Positions 27,669 to 36,532 of a stretch of DNA of 61,295 nucleotides are shown here, piece by piece. The notes beneath the pieces are model-generated. The model searched no databases. It worked only from the letters and a program-made list of their open reading frames with translations, and was not told where the DNA came from. This DNA is from Candidatus Omnitrophota bacterium (GTDB lineage: Bacteria; Omnitrophota; Gorgyraeia; Zapsychrales; Fredricksoniimonadaceae): positions 1 to 61,295 of the forward strand of contig JAGWKL010000001.1 in NCBI GenBank assembly GCA_028865345.1, read 5' to 3'. How positions within the stretch are numbered: the stretch's first letter is position 1; every line of letters begins with the position of its first letter. Both the position numbers and the translations under genes were made by a program.

Positions 27669-28268
27669 TTATAACCCCCTCGACCTTATTTTTGCAATTT
27701 CTGATTTAATCTTTCTTTCAGTTTTCTCATAAATTTTCTTAGATTTTGAACTATTGCTGACGTTAACAATCCTATTATTGCATAAATTCTCAACCGGCGG
27801 CAAGATACAAACAATTACCGAAAGAATGGAAACTATGTATACCAATAAACCGGTTAATTGTAAATTGCCTATTAGAATCAGAAAAATTACATCGATTAAA
27901 ATAAACAAAATTAAAATCCGTCTAGACCCTCTATTATCATCAAAATCTTTATAATAATCTAAAATAGCTTGTTTCCTTCCTTCATTATTGATTGCCGCCT
28001 CATATTCTCCCATTAATTGATATCGAAAATCTTTATCTAACCATTCATCAAATTCACCCAAATCATCTTTCGAGCGTCCTTCCGGATGCCTTTTAAGATA
28101 ATTCTTAAACCTTTCAAAATTCTTACTCTCTCTTTCATCACTTTCATATAATCCTACCTTCTTAAAACCACCGTTGCTAATGTATAAATTTGTTCTTTGA
28201 GCGACACTTCGATTTTTAGCTGCCGCACGCCAAGCGAACGAGGGAATTGCGAGCCGTAGGGCGAGCAA
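27669..28268 (-). CDS. AT-rich orphan protein with two C-terminal TM helices
   Basis: 199-aa ORF, visibly far more AT-rich than its neighbours. Hydrophobic ILILFILIDVIFLILIG and LLVYIVSILSVIVCIL. The only upstream ATG and the first ~30 codons lie inside repeat copy B, so the true start is uncertain. Confidence 0.45.
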   Translation of the reverse strand: MLALRLAIPSFAWRAAAKNRSVAQRTNLYISNGGFKKVGLYESDERESKNFERFKNYLKRHPEGRSKDDLGEFDEWLDKDFRYQLMGEYEAAINNEGRKQAILDYYKDFDDNRGSRRILILFILIDVIFLILIGNLQLTGLLVYIVSILSVIVCILPPVENLCNNRIVNVSNSSKSKKIYEKTERKIKSEIAKIRSRGL

Positions 28269-28397
28269 TGCCGAGAATGTTCGAGCTGTGAATTTCCAGA
28301 GAAATTCACAGCGAGTTTTCGAGGCACCGAGTGAGCGAGGACCGGCAGCGTTAAAAAAATCGACCGTGGAGCGAAAAGAATAAATTTATCCATTAGC
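28176..28397. repeat. structured inverted-repeat element, copy B (related to 126-397)
   Basis: GCTAATGTATAAATTTGTTCTT ... AAGAATAAATTTATCCATTAGC termini. Internal hairpins GCTGTGAATTTC/GAAATTCACAGC and ATTGC/GCAAT replace those of copy A while keeping the pairing. Confidence 0.8.
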
Positions 28398-28407
28398 GAC
28401 CCTAGGT

Positions 28408-29814
28408 TCAAACCCATCTCCATGTCTGCCCGTTTTTGCCGTCTTCAACCGTGACGCCCTTTTCTTTCAACAGAACCCGGAGTTCATCGGAGCGTTTGAA
28501 GTTTTTGAGCTCCCGCGCCTGGGCGCGCTCCTGAAGCAGGGCCTTGAGCTCAGGCGTCAGCTCCCTGTCCTTCTCCTGCATAAATAAACCGAATATATTA
28601 CGGGCCAGGCTTTCCAACACATCCACCGCGTGGTAAACGACGCCCAGATAATTCGGATCGTCGCTGTTTTGATCGATATAAATATTCGTATCGTTGATCA
28701 AATTAAACAACGCGGCCAGGGCCTTAGGGCTATTGAAATCGTCGTCCATGGCCTCGATGAATTCATGTTTGTATTTGCTGATAAATCCGGCCTGCACCGG
28801 TTCAATGGACTTGACCTTGAAAAGGCCTGAAGCCCTCCAAAAAAGCACGTCGAATTTAGACAGCGCCTTGCGCGCCTCAAGGATCTTTTCTTCGGAAAAA
28901 TCGATATTGCTCGCGTAATGCGAAAACAGGAAAAACATTTTGATCTCATCCGCGGTGTATTTGCTCAGCGCCTGCCCGACGGTCATAAAATTGCCCGCCG
29001 ACTTTGACATTTTCTGGCCATTGACCGTCAAAAGGCCGTGGTGGATCCAGTACTTGGCAAAAGGGACCCCGGTCAAGCTTTCCGACTGTGCGATCTCATT
29101 TTCATGGTGCGGAAAAATCAAATCCCGGCCCCCGGCGTGGATATCCAGGGTCCGGGTATTGAGGTGCTTCATGCTCATGCAGGAACATTCGATGTGCCAG
29201 CCCGGGCGCCCCTTGCCCCAGGGGCTGTCCCACGACGGCTCGCCCGGCTTCGAAGCTTTCCACAACGCAAAATCCAGCGGGTCTTTCTTTTGGGAATCCT
29301 TCTCGATACGGACGGCCTCATGCATCTTGTCGATGCTTTGCCCGGAGAGCTTGCCGTAACCTTCAAAAGCGCGCACATCGAAATACACGTCTCCGCCGGC
29401 AAGGGCATAGGCAAACCCCTTGTCGATCAATCCCTGGATATGGGCGACCATCTCCGGGATATTGTCGGTCGCCTTGGGCTCCACATCGCCGGGAAGAACG
29501 CCCAGGGCCTTTAAATCCTCATGATAAAACCGGATCTGTTCCTCGCTGAGGTCTGCGGCAGGCCGGTTGGTTTGGCGGGCGCGGTCAATGATCTTATCGT
29601 CGATATCGGTGATATTGCGGACAAAGATGACGTTGAATCCCCTGAATTTCAGGTAACGGCGGAGCACGTCAAAAACATACAGGCTGCGCGCATGCCCGAT
29701 GTGGGAACGGTCATAGACGGTGACGCCGCAGGTGTACATCCTGACGTCATTGCCGTGAATCGGTATGAATTCCTCTTTTTTGCCGCTTAAAGAGTTAAAG
29801 ATTTTTATATCCAA
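28408..29814 (-). CDS. cysS: cysteine--tRNA ligase
   Basis: CGVTVYD, HIGH-type SHIGHARS, KMSKS motif KMSKSAGN. Confidence 0.95.
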   Translation of the reverse strand: MDIKIFNSLSGKKEEFIPIHGNDVRMYTCGVTVYDRSHIGHARSLYVFDVLRRYLKFRGFNVIFVRNITDIDDKIIDRARQTNRPAADLSEEQIRFYHEDLKALGVLPGDVEPKATDNIPEMVAHIQGLIDKGFAYALAGGDVYFDVRAFEGYGKLSGQSIDKMHEAVRIEKDSQKKDPLDFALWKASKPGEPSWDSPWGKGRPGWHIECSCMSMKHLNTRTLDIHAGGRDLIFPHHENEIAQSESLTGVPFAKYWIHHGLLTVNGQKMSKSAGNFMTVGQALSKYTADEIKMFFLFSHYASNIDFSEEKILEARKALSKFDVLFWRASGLFKVKSIEPVQAGFISKYKHEFIEAMDDDFNSPKALAALFNLINDTNIYIDQNSDDPNYLGVVYHAVDVLESLARNIFGLFMQEKDRELTPELKALLQERAQARELKNFKRSDELRVLLKEKGVTVEDGKNGQTWRWV

Positions 29815-29859
29815 AATTCCCTGTTCCTTTGTTTGCCATGGTTTCTTTGGTGCGAACGC

Positions 29860-30612
29860 TCAAATACCCGGGTCGTCATTCCCGTTTTTAGGCGCCTGGC
29901 AACCTGTTTTTTCCTCCAACGCCTTGATGCGCCCGAGCAATTTGGCCATATGTTCCATGATCGGGTCGCTGACGTGGATGTGGTCTAACTCCAGGTCGAT
30001 CTTACGGCCCTCCTGTTTGGTGATCCGGCCCGGAATGCCTACGACCGTGGAATTGGGAGGCACATTCCTGATGACCACGGCGTTGGCGCCGATATAGGAG
30101 TTGTCCCCGATGGTGATGTTGCCCAGGATCTTGGCGCCTGAACCCGCCACAATGTTATTGCCCAGGGTGGGATGGCGCTTGCCTGTTTCCTTGCCTGTGC
30201 CGCCGAGGGTCACGCCTTGATACAATAAGACATTGTCCCCGACAACAGCAGTTTCACCGATGACCACTCCGGTCCCGTGGTCGATAAAGAACCTTTTGCC
30301 GATGCTGGCCCCCGGATGGATCTCGATGCCTGTCAGGAAACGCGCCAGCTGCGAAAGCCAGCGGGGTATGAAAGGGACCTTCCACACCCATAATTGATGG
30401 GCGAGGCGGTGGAACACCAAAGCATGCAGGCTGGGATAAAGCAGGAGCACTTCCAGAACGCTCGTGGCTGCCGGATCGCGCTCCTTGACCGTGTGTATTT
30501 CATCGGCAAAAATGAAATAAATCAGCAGGAAAACGGCAACAATGATAAGCAAAGCCATACCTCCACCCCCGTATATGAAATGATGGAAATCCATGGAAAA
30601 TTTAATGTGCAT
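29860..30612 (-). CDS. cysE: serine O-acetyltransferase with hydrophobic N-terminal extension
   Basis: [29 protein letters not shown] and hexapeptide repeats [11 protein letters not shown] ... [29 protein letters not shown]. Possible starts at 30612 or 30558 ([17 protein letters not shown]). Confidence 0.85.
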   Translation of the reverse strand: MHIKFSMDFHHFIYGGGGMALLIIVAVFLLIYFIFADEIHTVKERDPAATSVLEVLLLYPSLHALVFHRLAHQLWVWKVPFIPRWLSQLARFLTGIEIHPGASIGKRFFIDHGTGVVIGETAVVGDNVLLYQGVTLGGTGKETGKRHPTLGNNIVAGSGAKILGNITIGDNSYIGANAVVIRNVPPNSTVVGIPGRITKQEGRKIDLELDHIHVSDPIMEHMAKLLGRIKALEEKTGCQAPKNGNDDPGI

Positions 30613-31092
30613 TTATGCGACCTTCAAAAGCACAACGGCATAGGCCGCAATCCCCTCTTTTGCGCCGATATACCCCAGGCCCTCATGGGTACCGGCTTTG
30701 ATATTGACCCGGGTTTCAGCGATGTCAAGTTGTCCGGCAATGTGAGCCTTCATCCTGGGTTTAAATTCCTTTAATTTGGGCTCCTGGGCCAGGATCACCA
30801 CGTCCACGTTGCCGATCGCCCAACCCGCTTCATGGATTCTTTTATTGACTTCTTTTAAGAAAAAGGAACTGGCCATTCCCTTGTATCGGGCGTCGGTATC
30901 CGGGAAATGCTCACCGATATCCCCCATCCCGGCGGCCCCCAGGATCGCATCGCAAACGGCATGCAACACCACATCCCCGTCCGAATGGCTGACCAGGCCA
31001 TGGGTATGCGGCACCTCGATCCCGCCGAGCACCAGCCTGGCGCCTGCCGTCAAACGGTGAACATCATGACCTATGCCTACTCTGGTATCCAT
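30613..31092 (-). CDS. ispF: 2-C-methyl-D-erythritol 2,4-cyclodiphosphate synthase
   Basis: GIGHDVHRL ... SHSDGDVVLHA ... GDIGEHFPDTD. Confidence 0.9.
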   Translation of the reverse strand: MDTRVGIGHDVHRLTAGARLVLGGIEVPHTHGLVSHSDGDVVLHAVCDAILGAAGMGDIGEHFPDTDARYKGMASSFFLKEVNKRIHEAGWAIGNVDVVILAQEPKLKEFKPRMKAHIAGQLDIAETRVNIKAGTHEGLGYIGAKEGIAAYAVVLLKVA

Positions 31093-31110
31093 ATCCTCAA
31101 CAAATATCCC

Positions 31111-31797
31111 CTATGACTTCCTTGTGCGGCCGCTTAACAACTGATGGGCCAAAACAAGATCTTCAGGGGTGGTGACCTTGATATTGCGGTAATCCCCCAT
31201 GACCATCTTGACTTTTTGCCCCATGCGCTCGGCTAAAACCGCATCATCCGTAGCTTGCTGTTTGCCCCGGCGGGCGTGGGCTTTGAGCAAAACATCCTTA
31301 TGAAACCCCTGCGGGGTTTGCGCTTCCCATAGCAAATCCCTCGCCGGGGTTTCCTGAATATTCAGGGTCTGCGGATTGACTTTCTTTACGGTAAACTTGA
31401 CCGGGACCCCGACGATGGCGGTTTTACTTTTCTTAAGCGCCGCCAAAAGGCGGTCTATCATGGCCCCATCAACAAAAGGCCTGGCCGCATCGTGCACCAG
31501 GACGATGTCCGTATCACCGGAGAGTTCCTTCAAGCCGCACTTGACCGAATCCGAACGCGAGGCCCCCCCGGGCACCACGGCATGCACCTTTGTACAATTT
31601 TTCGCTGCCCGCTCAAAAGCTTTCAGGTGTTTTTTGACCCCCACCAAAATGATCCCGTCGATGTCCGGATGCGCGTTGAAAATTTCCAAACTATAGCCCA
31701 CCAGCGGCCTGGACCAAAGCCGCATCAAGGCTTTGGGGATCTTGGCATTCAACCGCTTCCCGGCCCCGCCGGCCACGACAATGACCTGTGTCTTCAT
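31111..31797 (-). CDS. ispD: 2-C-methyl-D-erythritol 4-phosphate cytidylyltransferase
   Basis: VIVVAGGAGKRL ... VLVHDAARPF. Confidence 0.9.
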   Translation of the reverse strand: MKTQVIVVAGGAGKRLNAKIPKALMRLWSRPLVGYSLEIFNAHPDIDGIILVGVKKHLKAFERAAKNCTKVHAVVPGGASRSDSVKCGLKELSGDTDIVLVHDAARPFVDGAMIDRLLAALKKSKTAIVGVPVKFTVKKVNPQTLNIQETPARDLLWEAQTPQGFHKDVLLKAHARRGKQQATDDAVLAERMGQKVKMVMGDYRNIKVTTPEDLVLAHQLLSGRTRKS

Positions 31798-32780
31798 CCC
31801 TGCCGTTCCATTTTGGCAAAGATCATGCGGCCGGCCTGGGTTTGAAGGGCCGAGGTCACATAAGCCTTGACCGTTTGCCCCAGGGCCTTGCGCCCGTCGC
31901 TGACAACCACCATGGTGCCGTCTTCCAGGTAGCCGACGGCCTGGTTGGCCTCCTTGCCCTCCTTCAAAAGGCGTATCTCCAATTCTTCCCCGGTAAACAC
32001 CAGGGGTTTGACCGCATTGACCAGGTCGTTGATGTTCAGCATTTCCACCCCCTGAAAGGAGGCGATGCGGCTTAAATTAAAGTCTGTCGTGCAGATGCGG
32101 GCATCCATGAGCTTGGAAAGTTTGACCAGTTTCAGGTCCACGGACTCGGGCCCGGTAAAATCATCTTCATGGATGCGCACGTCCGCCGCGGCGTCTTTTT
32201 GCATGTTTTTAAGGATCTCCATCCCCCTGCGCCCGCGCTGGCGTTTGATATCGTCCTCGGAATCCGCCAGGCGCTGCAATTCGTGCAGCACGAAGCGGGG
32301 GACAACCAGGCGCCCCCCCAAAAAACCCGTCTTGAAAATGTCCGCCACCCGCCCGTCGATAATGGCGCTGGTGTCCAAAATGATGACCCCTTCCTTCAAA
32401 TCCTGGCGTTTAAACCGCACGTATGGGATGATGAGGTTGAATTCGTCCTTGCCGCGAAGCGCCATCACAGCACCCAGATAAGAGAACACCAGCGTCAGGA
32501 CGACCCGCAGGACGGGTTTAAGCACCTCCCCCAACGGCAACAATGAAATGATGTCCGAAACTAAATTCGCCATGAAGATCCCCAAGAGCAGGCCGAACAC
32601 CATGCTGGAAAGGCCGCGCACCGACACCTGTTTTAAATTGGATTCGATGACGATGAGCAGGGCGCCGCCGCAAATACCGGCAGCGACCCCCAGCAGGGGA
32701 TTCTCGTTGATGGCGCCGATCTGATAGCCGACAATGGCGCTGATAACCATAAAAAAAGTACGGATAAATAATAACGTCAT
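31794..32780 (-). CDS. yacL: membrane-anchored PIN/TRAM domain protein (YacL-like)
   Basis: Four N-terminal TM helices, PIN core IILDTSAIIDGR, C-terminal TRAM-like beta domain. Conserved position between radA and ispD. Confidence 0.7.
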   Translation of the reverse strand: MTLLFIRTFFMVISAIVGYQIGAINENPLLGVAAGICGGALLIVIESNLKQVSVRGLSSMVFGLLLGIFMANLVSDIISLLPLGEVLKPVLRVVLTLVFSYLGAVMALRGKDEFNLIIPYVRFKRQDLKEGVIILDTSAIIDGRVADIFKTGFLGGRLVVPRFVLHELQRLADSEDDIKRQRGRRGMEILKNMQKDAAADVRIHEDDFTGPESVDLKLVKLSKLMDARICTTDFNLSRIASFQGVEMLNINDLVNAVKPLVFTGEELEIRLLKEGKEANQAVGYLEDGTMVVVSDGRKALGQTVKAYVTSALQTQAGRMIFAKMERQG

Positions 32781-32795
32781 GCGGGCTCCTTCTTT

Positions 32796-34181
32796 TTATA
32801 ACTTGTCCAACGCTTCTCTGACCGTTGTGACCGCCACCAACCTGATATTGGACGGATTAAAATCATCTTTATTCTTCAGGTTATTTTTAGGGACGAGGCA
32901 ACGGGTAAACCCGAGCTTCTGCGCTTCATTGACCCGGGAGGCGATTTGAGACACGCTGCGCACCTCACCGGAAAGACCGACTTCCCCCAGGACAGCCGTG
33001 TCATGGCCCACGACCTTGTCCAGCAAGGCGGATGCAATGCTCAGCGTGACCCCCAAATCCGCGGCCGGATCCTCCACCTTCACCCCGCCGACCACATTCA
33101 GAAAAATGTCCTTGTCGCCCAAGTTCAGGCCCAGCCGCTTTTCCAGCACTGCGGCCAACAAGCTCAGGCGGTTGGCGTCGAATCCCTGGGCCTTCTGGCG
33201 CACCATGCCGAAGGCGCTGCGGCCCACCAAGCCCTGGATCTCCACCAAAAAAGGCCTTGTCCCCTCAAGGATGGGCACTACGACCGACCCCGAAGAATCC
33301 TGCGGCCGTTCACAGAGGAAAATTTCCGACGGGTTCGCCACTTCCTTTAAGCCCCCGGCCGTCATTTCAAAGACGCCGATCTCATTGGTGGAACCGAAAC
33401 GGTTTTTGACGGCCCGAAGCACGCGGTAGGACGAATACCTCTCGCCTTCGAAATAGAGCACCCCGTCGACCATGTGCTCCAGCACCCGCGGGCCTGCCAG
33501 CATGCCGTCCTTGGTGACGTGCCCGATCAGAAAAAGGGCCACTCCCCGCTGTTTGGCCGCCTGGGTCAACACCGCCGCGCTTTCGCGCACCTGGGCCACC
33601 GACCCCGGCGACGAAGAGATCTCCGCCAGATGCACGACCTGGACGGAATCGATGATCACGACGGAGGGCGACAATTCATGGATGTGTCCGATGATCGCCT
33701 GGACATCGATCTCATTGACGATAAAAAAATTTTCGTCCGCTTGGGGGCCGGCGATGATGCGGTCGGCGCGCATCTTGGCCTGCTTGACAGACTCCTCGCC
33801 GCTGACATACAAAACTTTCAGCCCTTTCCGGGCCAGCGCAGAGCCGACTTGCAGGATGATCGTGGATTTGCCGATGCCGGGGTCCCCGCCGATCAAGGTG
33901 ACCGATCCCGGCACAATCCCGCCTCCCATGACGCGGTCGAACTCGCCGATCGCGGTCAGGTGACGTTTCTCTCGGGCGACGTCCACTTCTTTTAAGAGCA
34001 CCGGGGCCGCGGCGGCCTGGGCCGCCATCCGCACGCGCAAGCCGCCTTCTTCGCTGCGCGGTTCGGCCAGCGCTTCTTCCACATAGGAGTTCCACTGGCC
34101 ACAATTCGGGCATTTGCCCACCCAACGCGGGGCCTGGGAACCGCAAGACTGGCAGACAAACGTCGTTTTGGTCTTCATCAT
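32796..34181 (-). CDS. radA: DNA repair protein RadA/Sms
   Basis: Zinc finger FVCQSCGSQAPRWVGKCPNCGQWNS, Walker A GGDPGIGKST, KNRFG motif, Lon-like C-terminal domain. Start at MMKTKTT (the ORF track extends to 34262). Confidence 0.9.
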   Translation of the reverse strand: MMKTKTTFVCQSCGSQAPRWVGKCPNCGQWNSYVEEALAEPRSEEGGLRVRMAAQAAAAPVLLKEVDVAREKRHLTAIGEFDRVMGGGIVPGSVTLIGGDPGIGKSTIILQVGSALARKGLKVLYVSGEESVKQAKMRADRIIAGPQADENFFIVNEIDVQAIIGHIHELSPSVVIIDSVQVVHLAEISSSPGSVAQVRESAAVLTQAAKQRGVALFLIGHVTKDGMLAGPRVLEHMVDGVLYFEGERYSSYRVLRAVKNRFGSTNEIGVFEMTAGGLKEVANPSEIFLCERPQDSSGSVVVPILEGTRPFLVEIQGLVGRSAFGMVRQKAQGFDANRLSLLAAVLEKRLGLNLGDKDIFLNVVGGVKVEDPAADLGVTLSIASALLDKVVGHDTAVLGEVGLSGEVRSVSQIASRVNEAQKLGFTRCLVPKNNLKNKDDFNPSNIRLVAVTTVREALDKL

Positions 34182-34231
34182 AATTCCACTATGCTTTTCC
34201 ACCGGGTCGAAACGGTGATGTTTCGTCCGTT

Positions 34232-34921
34232 TTAGCTTCTGGGACGGTAAAGCAATTTCCACGGATTGTTCTTTAAGTCCGCCGTCATATCGTCGAGATT
34301 GTTATAGATCGAATCATCGGTCAATAGCCTGCCCAGGGTCCCCCGGCCTTCTTTCAAGTCCGTGCCCAGCGCTCCGAAACCTTCCAGGGCCGCTTCCAGG
34401 GACTTTTTGTTCTTGTCGGTGAGGATGCCGTTATTGATCCCGTCGACCGTGATGTCGAGTTTGGCTATCAGGGCGTTGAAATGTTCCGTAAGCTTTTCGA
34501 TCGCTACGGGATCATGCCCGATGATGACGCCGTTATCTTTGAGCAAATGCTTCGAGGTGCCGGGAATGATCTCAAGATACTTCTCTCCCAAGATCCCCAG
34601 CTGGTTGATGGTGACTTTGGAATCCGAAGGGATGCCGATATTGTCCCTGATCCAGGCGTCCACCCTCACCTTGGTTTTCCCGCTGTCCTCGGGATCAACG
34701 AACACCTTCAATTTCTTCACCAGCCCCACATCCACGCCTGCCAGGCGCACGGGCGCCGCCTCTTTCAGGCCGCTGGCAAAACCGAAAATGACATGGATAC
34801 GGTGCCCTTTCTCGAAAATGGAAAGGTCGCTGACGGAAATGATGAAAAAGGTCAATGCCAAGATCGCCATCAACACGAATGAACCGACCTTCAATTCCAG
34901 CCCCTGGTCTTCTCGCGGCAT
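34232..34921 (-). CDS. mlaD: MCE-domain protein MlaD
   Basis: N-terminal TM plus MCE domain (GLKEAAPVRLAGVDVGLVKKL). Follows mlaE-mlaF. Confidence 0.75.
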   Translation of the reverse strand: MPREDQGLELKVGSFVLMAILALTFFIISVSDLSIFEKGHRIHVIFGFASGLKEAAPVRLAGVDVGLVKKLKVFVDPEDSGKTKVRVDAWIRDNIGIPSDSKVTINQLGILGEKYLEIIPGTSKHLLKDNGVIIGHDPVAIEKLTEHFNALIAKLDITVDGINNGILTDKNKKSLEAALEGFGALGTDLKEGRGTLGRLLTDDSIYNNLDDMTADLKNNPWKLLYRPRS

Positions 34922-34948
34922 AATCAGTTCTCCTTAGGAAATGCCCCC

Positions 34949-35722
34949 TCATTTAACGTGGCCAAAAATCAAACTCTCGTCCTCGGTGATGGGCCCATGC
35001 GCCTCACCATGGATGAACTGCCGGATGACCGGGTGTTTGGAGTTTTTGATCTCCTCCGGGGCCCCGTCGGCAATGATCTGCCCCTTATAAAACATGGCGA
35101 TGGAATCCGCCACCATATAGGCGGAGTTCATGTCATGGGTCACCACAATGGAGGTGACCTTAAGCTTGTTGCGCAGTTCGATGATCAAATGGTTGATGGC
35201 GGCGGCGGTGATGGGGTCGACGCCGGTGGTCGGCTCGTCGTACAAGATGATATGGGGTTCCATGCACAAAACGCGCGCAAGGCTCACCCGTTTTCTCATG
35301 CCGCCGGAAAGCTGCGCAGGCATCAGGTGTTCCACATCTTTCAATCCCACCAGGCTCAACGAATCCCGCACCTTGTCGGCGACGGTCTTGCGGTCAAGGT
35401 TCATGAATTCATTGAGGACAAAGGCGACATTGTCGGCGACGTTCATGGAATCGAACAAGGCGCCGCCCTGGAACACCATGCCGATCTCCATGCGCAGGCG
35501 GTCGTACTCTTTTTCGGAAAGATCGGTGACCTCGATGCCGTTGATCTTGATCGAACCGCCGTCCGGGCGGACCAGGCCCACGATGTTCCTCAACAGCACG
35601 GTCTTGCCCACCCCGGAACGGCCGATGACGACCTTGGTCTCGCCCCGCCGCACGTTGAGGTTAAGGTTATTGAGCACCATCTGCTTGCCGAAAGCTTTAT
35701 AAAGGTTGCGTATCTCGATCAT
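34949..35722 (-). CDS. mlaF: ABC transporter ATP-binding protein MlaF
   Basis: Walker A GRSGVGKT, signature LSGGMRKR, Walker B ILYDEP. Start at MIEIRNL (ATG 35722). Confidence 0.85.
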   Translation of the reverse strand: MIEIRNLYKAFGKQMVLNNLNLNVRRGETKVVIGRSGVGKTVLLRNIVGLVRPDGGSIKINGIEVTDLSEKEYDRLRMEIGMVFQGGALFDSMNVADNVAFVLNEFMNLDRKTVADKVRDSLSLVGLKDVEHLMPAQLSGGMRKRVSLARVLCMEPHIILYDEPTTGVDPITAAAINHLIIELRNKLKVTSIVVTHDMNSAYMVADSIAMFYKGQIIADGAPEEIKNSKHPVIRQFIHGEAHGPITEDESLIFGHVK

Positions 35723-35724
35723 AA

Positions 35725-36516
35725 TCAAACGTTCAGCAAAAAGTAGAACACGAACGTGATCAGGCAGTCCGTGATGATGATCAGAATAAACGACCGCACC
35801 ACCGCCGTCGTGGTCGCCTTGCCCACGCCGTCCGCCCCGCCTTTGACGGTCAGGCCGTGATGGCACCCGACGACGGCGATGATCATGCCGAAAAAGACCG
35901 TCTTGGTCAGGCCCGTAATGATGTCCTTCATGGTCAGGGCATGAAAGGTCATTTTCCAGAACATCTCGTGGCTGATATGCAATTTATAAACGCAGATCAC
36001 ATACCCGCCCCAGATGCCGATCAAATCTGAAAGCATGGTCAGCACCGGCAGCATCACCATAAGCGCGATAAAACGCGGCACGACCAGATATTTGACCGGA
36101 TCGACGGCAAAAGCTTTCAGGGCATCCACCTGCTCGGTGACCACCATGGACCCGATCTCGGCGGCAATGCCGGCGCCGATGCGGCCGGCCACGATCAGGG
36201 CCGTCAGCACAGGGGTCAATTCCCTGGTGAGGGCGACCGCGATCACGTTGGGGATGTAGAGCTCGGCGGAAAGCTGCACCATCTGGTAGGCCATCTGCAG
36301 GGCGATGATCATCCCCACAAAAAAACCCACCAGGGCGGAAATGGCAAAACTTCCCGGGCCCACACGCTGGGCTTGTATCAAAGAGCGGTATCCCTTAAAG
36401 GGCGGCGTCAGGGCGCTGGTCACCGTCTGGGCGAACAGCAGCGACAACTGCCCGATATAGCGTATCCATTCCGTGATAGAGCTTCCGATTGTGGAAACCG
36501 CGATATTCATGGTCAA
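35725..36516 (-). CDS. mlaE: ABC transporter permease MlaE
   Basis: 263-aa polytopic protein of MlaE/Ttg2B type (ELTPVLTALIVAGRIGAGIAAEIGSM). Confidence 0.8.
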   Translation of the reverse strand: MTMNIAVSTIGSSITEWIRYIGQLSLLFAQTVTSALTPPFKGYRSLIQAQRVGPGSFAISALVGFFVGMIIALQMAYQMVQLSAELYIPNVIAVALTRELTPVLTALIVAGRIGAGIAAEIGSMVVTEQVDALKAFAVDPVKYLVVPRFIALMVMLPVLTMLSDLIGIWGGYVICVYKLHISHEMFWKMTFHALTMKDIITGLTKTVFFGMIIAVVGCHHGLTVKGGADGVGKATTTAVVRSFILIIITDCLITFVFYFLLNV

Positions 36517-36532
36517 AGGACGAACGCCTTAT

